Positions 60,507 through 64,000 of a DNA stretch of 64,000 nucleotides are shown here, in pieces. The notes below the pieces were generated by a model that worked only from the letters and a program-made list of their open reading frames with translations, did no database searches and was not told where the DNA came from. Source of the DNA: Candidatus Cloacimonadales bacterium (GTDB lineage Bacteria; Cloacimonadota; Cloacimonadia; Cloacimonadales; JAFGVF01); contig OY782781.1 of assembly GCA_963678315.1 (NCBI GenBank), positions 1,376,001-1,440,000 of the forward strand. The letters run 5' to 3'. The translations under genes and the position numbers were made by a program. The first letter of the stretch is position 1, and each line of letters begins with the position of its first letter.

Positions 60507-60669
60507 GCTAAAACATATTAAGTATGTATCGTATTAAATAATAAATAAATATAAAATTAAAGGAATTAGAATTAGTGCAGACCAATTACTGATTTCCTTT
60601 TTTTATAAAAAGGTGTTTGCCCTTTTGACCAAATGGCAAAATTAACAAAATCTTAACAGGAGATTAATT

Positions 60670-61062
60670 ATGAAGAAAGTTCTATTCTTATGTACTGGTA
60701 ACTCATGCAGAAGTCAAATTGCAGAAGGATTTTTGAAACAAGACAGTAACTTTGAAGTTGTCTCAGCAGGAACTATACCTGCAAAACAAGTTAATCCAAA
60801 TGCTGTGAAAGTAATGGAAGAGATAGGTATTGATATTTCTAATCATACTCCAAAGCTAGTTGCTGGCTTTTTAAGCGAAGGTTTTGATGCAGTAGTAACT
60901 GTATGTGATCATGCTAATGAAACATGTCCTATTTTCTTAGGCCAAGTAAAGAAAAGGCTTCATAAGAGCTTCGAAGATCCAGATGGCCACGGAATTGAAA
61001 AGTTCATCGAAGTTAGAGATAAAATAGCAAGCTATATTGAGGAACTAAAAACTCAAATCTAA
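60670..61062 (+). CDS. arsC: Thioredoxin-coupled arsenate reductase
   Basis: CTGNSCRSQ, VCD..ETCP, FEDP. Confidence 0.92.
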   Translation: MKKVLFLCTGNSCRSQIAEGFLKQDSNFEVVSAGTIPAKQVNPNAVKVMEEIGIDISNHTPKLVAGFLSEGFDAVVTVCDHANETCPIFLGQVKKRLHKSFEDPDGHGIEKFIEVRDKIASYIEELKTQI

Positions 61063-61084
61063 TTGATTTTTTGAGAGGAGAAAT

Positions 61085-62053
61085 ATGTTTAATTGGCTTG
61101 ATAACTTAGTAACAAAACTAGTTGAGAAAGTGTTCAACATAAGTAGAGCAACAGATCTTGGTGAAAGTATTCATTTCTTCATCTATGATACTGTTAAGAT
61201 TCTTATCCTACTGTCTTTTATGATATTCTTAATATCATATATAAGGTCTTATTTTCAACCTGAAAGAACAAAAAGAATAATTGGTAAATTTAAAGGTATA
61301 AGTGCTAATATTATGGCTTCTTTATTAGGTATTGTAACACCTTTCTGCTCATGCTCTTCAGTACCTTTATTTATTGGTTTTGTGGAAGCTGGAATTCCAT
61401 TAGGTGTGACTTTCTCATTCCTAATAACTTCACCAATAGTAAATGAAGCAGCATTTGTTATACTTTTAGCAGCTTTTGGCTGGAAAATAGCATTGATATA
61501 TGTCCTAAGTGGTGTTATACTAGGTGTTATTGGTGGTTGGTTGATTCAGAAACTGAAACTAGAAAAATATGTTGAAGAATATGTTTGGAAGATGCAAACA
61601 GGTGCTGGGCAAATGACTGACATGTCTCAAATGGAAAGAGTTAAATACTCACTTGAACAGCTAAAATTCATCATCAAAAAAATCTGGTTATTCTTAATCA
61701 TTGGTATTGGAATTGGGGCTGTAATTCATGGTTGGGCACCTGGTGAACTCTTATCCAAGTGGGCTGGACCTGATAATCCACTAGCTGTATTTGTAGCAGT
61801 TATTCTTGGAATTCCATTATATTCAAACGCTTTGGGAACTATACCAATAGCAGAAGCTTTGATAGGAAAAGGGGTAGGACTTGGAACTGCACTTGCTTTT
61901 ATGATGGCAGTAACAGCTCTTTCTCTTCCAGAGATGATAATTCTTAGGAAAGTAATAAAACCTAAGTTGATAGCATATTTCATTACTATTACAGGTATCG
62001 GAATAATCTTGATTGGATACTTATTTAATATAATATATAAATTTATTGTTTAG
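61085..62053 (+). CDS. ArsP/DUF318-family permease
   Basis: TPFCSCSSVP, ALSLPE motifs; ars context. Confidence 0.88.
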   Translation: MFNWLDNLVTKLVEKVFNISRATDLGESIHFFIYDTVKILILLSFMIFLISYIRSYFQPERTKRIIGKFKGISANIMASLLGIVTPFCSCSSVPLFIGFVEAGIPLGVTFSFLITSPIVNEAAFVILLAAFGWKIALIYVLSGVILGVIGGWLIQKLKLEKYVEEYVWKMQTGAGQMTDMSQMERVKYSLEQLKFIIKKIWLFLIIGIGIGAVIHGWAPGELLSKWAGPDNPLAVFVAVILGIPLYSNALGTIPIAEALIGKGVGLGTALAFMMAVTALSLPEMIILRKVIKPKLIAYFITITGIGIILIGYLFNIIYKFIV

Positions 62054-62061
62054 GAGAAAAA

Positions 62062-62298
62062 ATGAATATTAAAGTACTCGGATCTGGTTGTGCTAAATGC
62101 AAAACCCTAGAAAAGATAGTTAGAAAATCTTTAGAAGAATTGAATATGGAAGCTGACGTAGAAAAGGTAACAGAAATTCAAGATATCATGAGCTATGGTG
62201 TTATGATGACCCCAGCTCTGGTAATTGATGAAAAAGTTATCTCTTCAGGCAAATCTTACTCTTCAAAAGATATGAAGAAACTTCTTTCCTCATTATAG
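62062..62298 (+). CDS. Small thioredoxin-like redox-active disulfide protein
   Basis: IKVLGSGCAKC, YGVMMTPALVID. Confidence 0.9.
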   Translation: MNIKVLGSGCAKCKTLEKIVRKSLEELNMEADVEKVTEIQDIMSYGVMMTPALVIDEKVISSGKSYSSKDMKKLLSSL

Positions 62299-62318
62299 AC
62301 TTTTAGAGGATTTTACTT

Positions 62319-62358
62319 AAGAGCGTAAAGTGTTTAATATACTTTATGCTCTTTTTTT
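62319..62358 (+). terminator. Intrinsic terminator of the ars operon
   Basis: AAGAGCGTAAAGT/ACTTTATGCTCTT plus T-tract. Confidence 0.75.
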
Positions 62359-62380
62359 GTATGATGCTATTGATAAGAAA

Positions 62381-62807
62381 ATATAGCCACAGATAACACA
62401 GATAATCACGGATAAAGAGTTTTTAAGAAAGAATCAGTGCAAATCCGTGAAGATCCGTGGCAAAAAAGAAAAAATATTCACAAATAACACAAATTAATTA
62501 AAGCCACAGATTACACAGATAATCACGGATAAAATTAATTGATAATTCAGAATTGACAATGATTAATAGTCCCATAGGGACGATATATATTAGCATGGGG
62601 TCTTGTACCCCATGTAAATAAGAAATAAAAATTAAGCCCTGAAGGGGCGACATAAAGATATTGATTATTTGTAAAAAGAATATTCTACCACGAATAGCAC
62701 AAATAACACAAATTTAAATATAGCCACAGATAACACAGATAATCACGGATAAAGAGTATTAAAAAAAGAATCAGTGCAAATCCGTGAAGATCCGTGGCTA
62801 TATTTAA
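62381..62807. repeat. 337-bp composite repeat unit plus start of the next unit (CACAGAT/CACGGAT hairpins and REP-like palindromes)
   Basis: ATATAGCCACAGATAACACAGATAATCACGGAT at 62381 and 62718. Confidence 0.9.
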
Positions 62808-62935
62808 TTAATAATTTATAATTGATAATGGAGAGTGCAAAGGTGTATTGTAAATAAAATCTTGACATCTTTATTTAAATAAAATTTCCTATAGCAATGT
62901 TTATGGTTAGATGTAAAAATAAAATTGGAGGAAAC

Positions 62936-63643
62936 ATGAAATTCAAACTTCTAGGTCTGTTGTTACTTGTTGTTGTGGTGGGATGTTCAGTTTCACCTCA
63001 CAGGGTGCTAAATCTAAATGTAAAAAATCAAGATGGTCTTTGGCTCAAAGGTAAAGAGTTGGTTAAACTTGATTCTGATGGGCTAGAGTTAGTCGTTAAT
63101 TTTGACAGAACAATTAAAGGAACTAGTTTATTCGAAATTTCAATAGCAAATAACACTCAAGAAGCCATTCTAATATCTCCAGAAGATATCTATGGTATAA
63201 TGCCTAGAAAATTTAATCAAAAAGAGACTATTCATGCTCTTGATCCGGAGGAGATGATTCACAGATTAGATACAAAAATTGAGAGAGTTCATGCCAGGGA
63301 TGAGTCTAATAAACGTTCTGACCTTGTCTTCTCATTATTTGATTTAGCGGACAGCTTTTCTAGTAAGACAGAGGAAGAGAGACAGCAAGATGATATTGAT
63401 AGAGACAATCATGAGAAAGCTGTTGCTAGAAGAGCTGAAAGTAATTCTAGGGCAATTAAGACTATGAGTTCTGAGAGAAGTAATCTAGCTACAAATGCTC
63501 TTAGAAAGACAACTTTATTTCCTAATCAAAGAATTAGCGGAAGCTTCTATATGAATATACCTGAAGATGTTTCTAATATTATAATACATTTTCCGTTTGG
63601 AGATAGAGATATTAGCCTAGAATATGAGAATAAGAAAATGTAA
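62936..63643 (+). CDS. Hypothetical lipoprotein
   Basis: GGAGG RBS before ATG 62936, lipobox VVGC, own TTGACA upstream. Confidence 0.82.
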   Translation: MKFKLLGLLLLVVVVGCSVSPHRVLNLNVKNQDGLWLKGKELVKLDSDGLELVVNFDRTIKGTSLFEISIANNTQEAILISPEDIYGIMPRKFNQKETIHALDPEEMIHRLDTKIERVHARDESNKRSDLVFSLFDLADSFSSKTEEERQQDDIDRDNHEKAVARRAESNSRAIKTMSSERSNLATNALRKTTLFPNQRISGSFYMNIPEDVSNIIIHFPFGDRDISLEYENKKM

Positions 63644-63646
63644 TCC

Positions 63647-64000
63647 ACAAATTTAAATATAGCCACAGATAACACAGATAATCACGGATAAAGAGTATTT
63701 AAAAAAGAATCAGTGCAAATCCGTGAAGATCCGTGGCAAAAGAAAATATCGCCACAAATAGCACAAATTAATTAAAGCCACAGATAAACACAGATGATCA
63801 CGGATAAAATTAATTGATAATTCAGAATTGACAATGATTAATAGTCCCATAGGGACGATATATATTAGCATGGGGTCTTGTACCCCATGTAAATAAGAAA
63901 TAAAAATTAAGCCCTGAAGGGGCGACATAAAGATATTGATTATTTGTAAAAAGAATATTCTACCACGAATAGCACAAATAACACAAATTTAAATATAGCC
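63647..64000. repeat. Second copy of the ~337-bp composite repeat, continuing past the window edge
   Basis: Near-identical to 62381-62717; a new unit starts at 63993. Confidence 0.9.

Noticed and set aside
63710..63928. 72-aa ORF (MSPLQGL...)
   Set aside because: Lies entirely inside the composite repeat and is most likely a repeat-derived spurious ORF.
62381..64000. Integron attC array
   Set aside because: No RYYYAAC/GTTRRRY core sites seen, no intI in the window, and the gene has its own promoter.

Overview
AT-rich bacterial chromosome segment. A gingipain-type C25 protease, PEGA and patatin-POTRA proteins and a lineage-typical small-protein family suggest an anaerobic FCB-group organism, probably Cloacimonadota (inference). 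It holds mostly housekeeping genes: gcvPA/PB, ferredoxin, five tRNAs, feoB, a shikimate operon lacking aroK, tldD/E, split fumarase, purL, ruvC/A, rsmB, an EF-G paralogue, surE-pcm, pilD and an ars operon. Two stand-alone type IV-like restriction genes are also present (GmrSD-like; PLD-SF2 helicase plus methyltransferase). The unusual content is mostly non-coding. (1) Two distant paralogues of an unknown small basic protein, 26 kb apart, share a gap-free ~75-bp upstream element with a 20-bp-period direct repeat. (2) Ultra-short 16-31-nt insertions can be seen against empty-site sister copies in tRNA-derived repeats, a MITE and a REP, one apparently nested. (3) Several REP/BIME-like palindrome families, tRNA-derived tandem repeats, a MITE pair and a 337-bp composite repeat bracketing a lipoprotein gene occur with no transposase in the window. 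(4) A PAS protein ends in a His-less DHp-like helix pair. No CRISPR array, rRNA or intact mobile element was found. All calls are by eye, without database searches.
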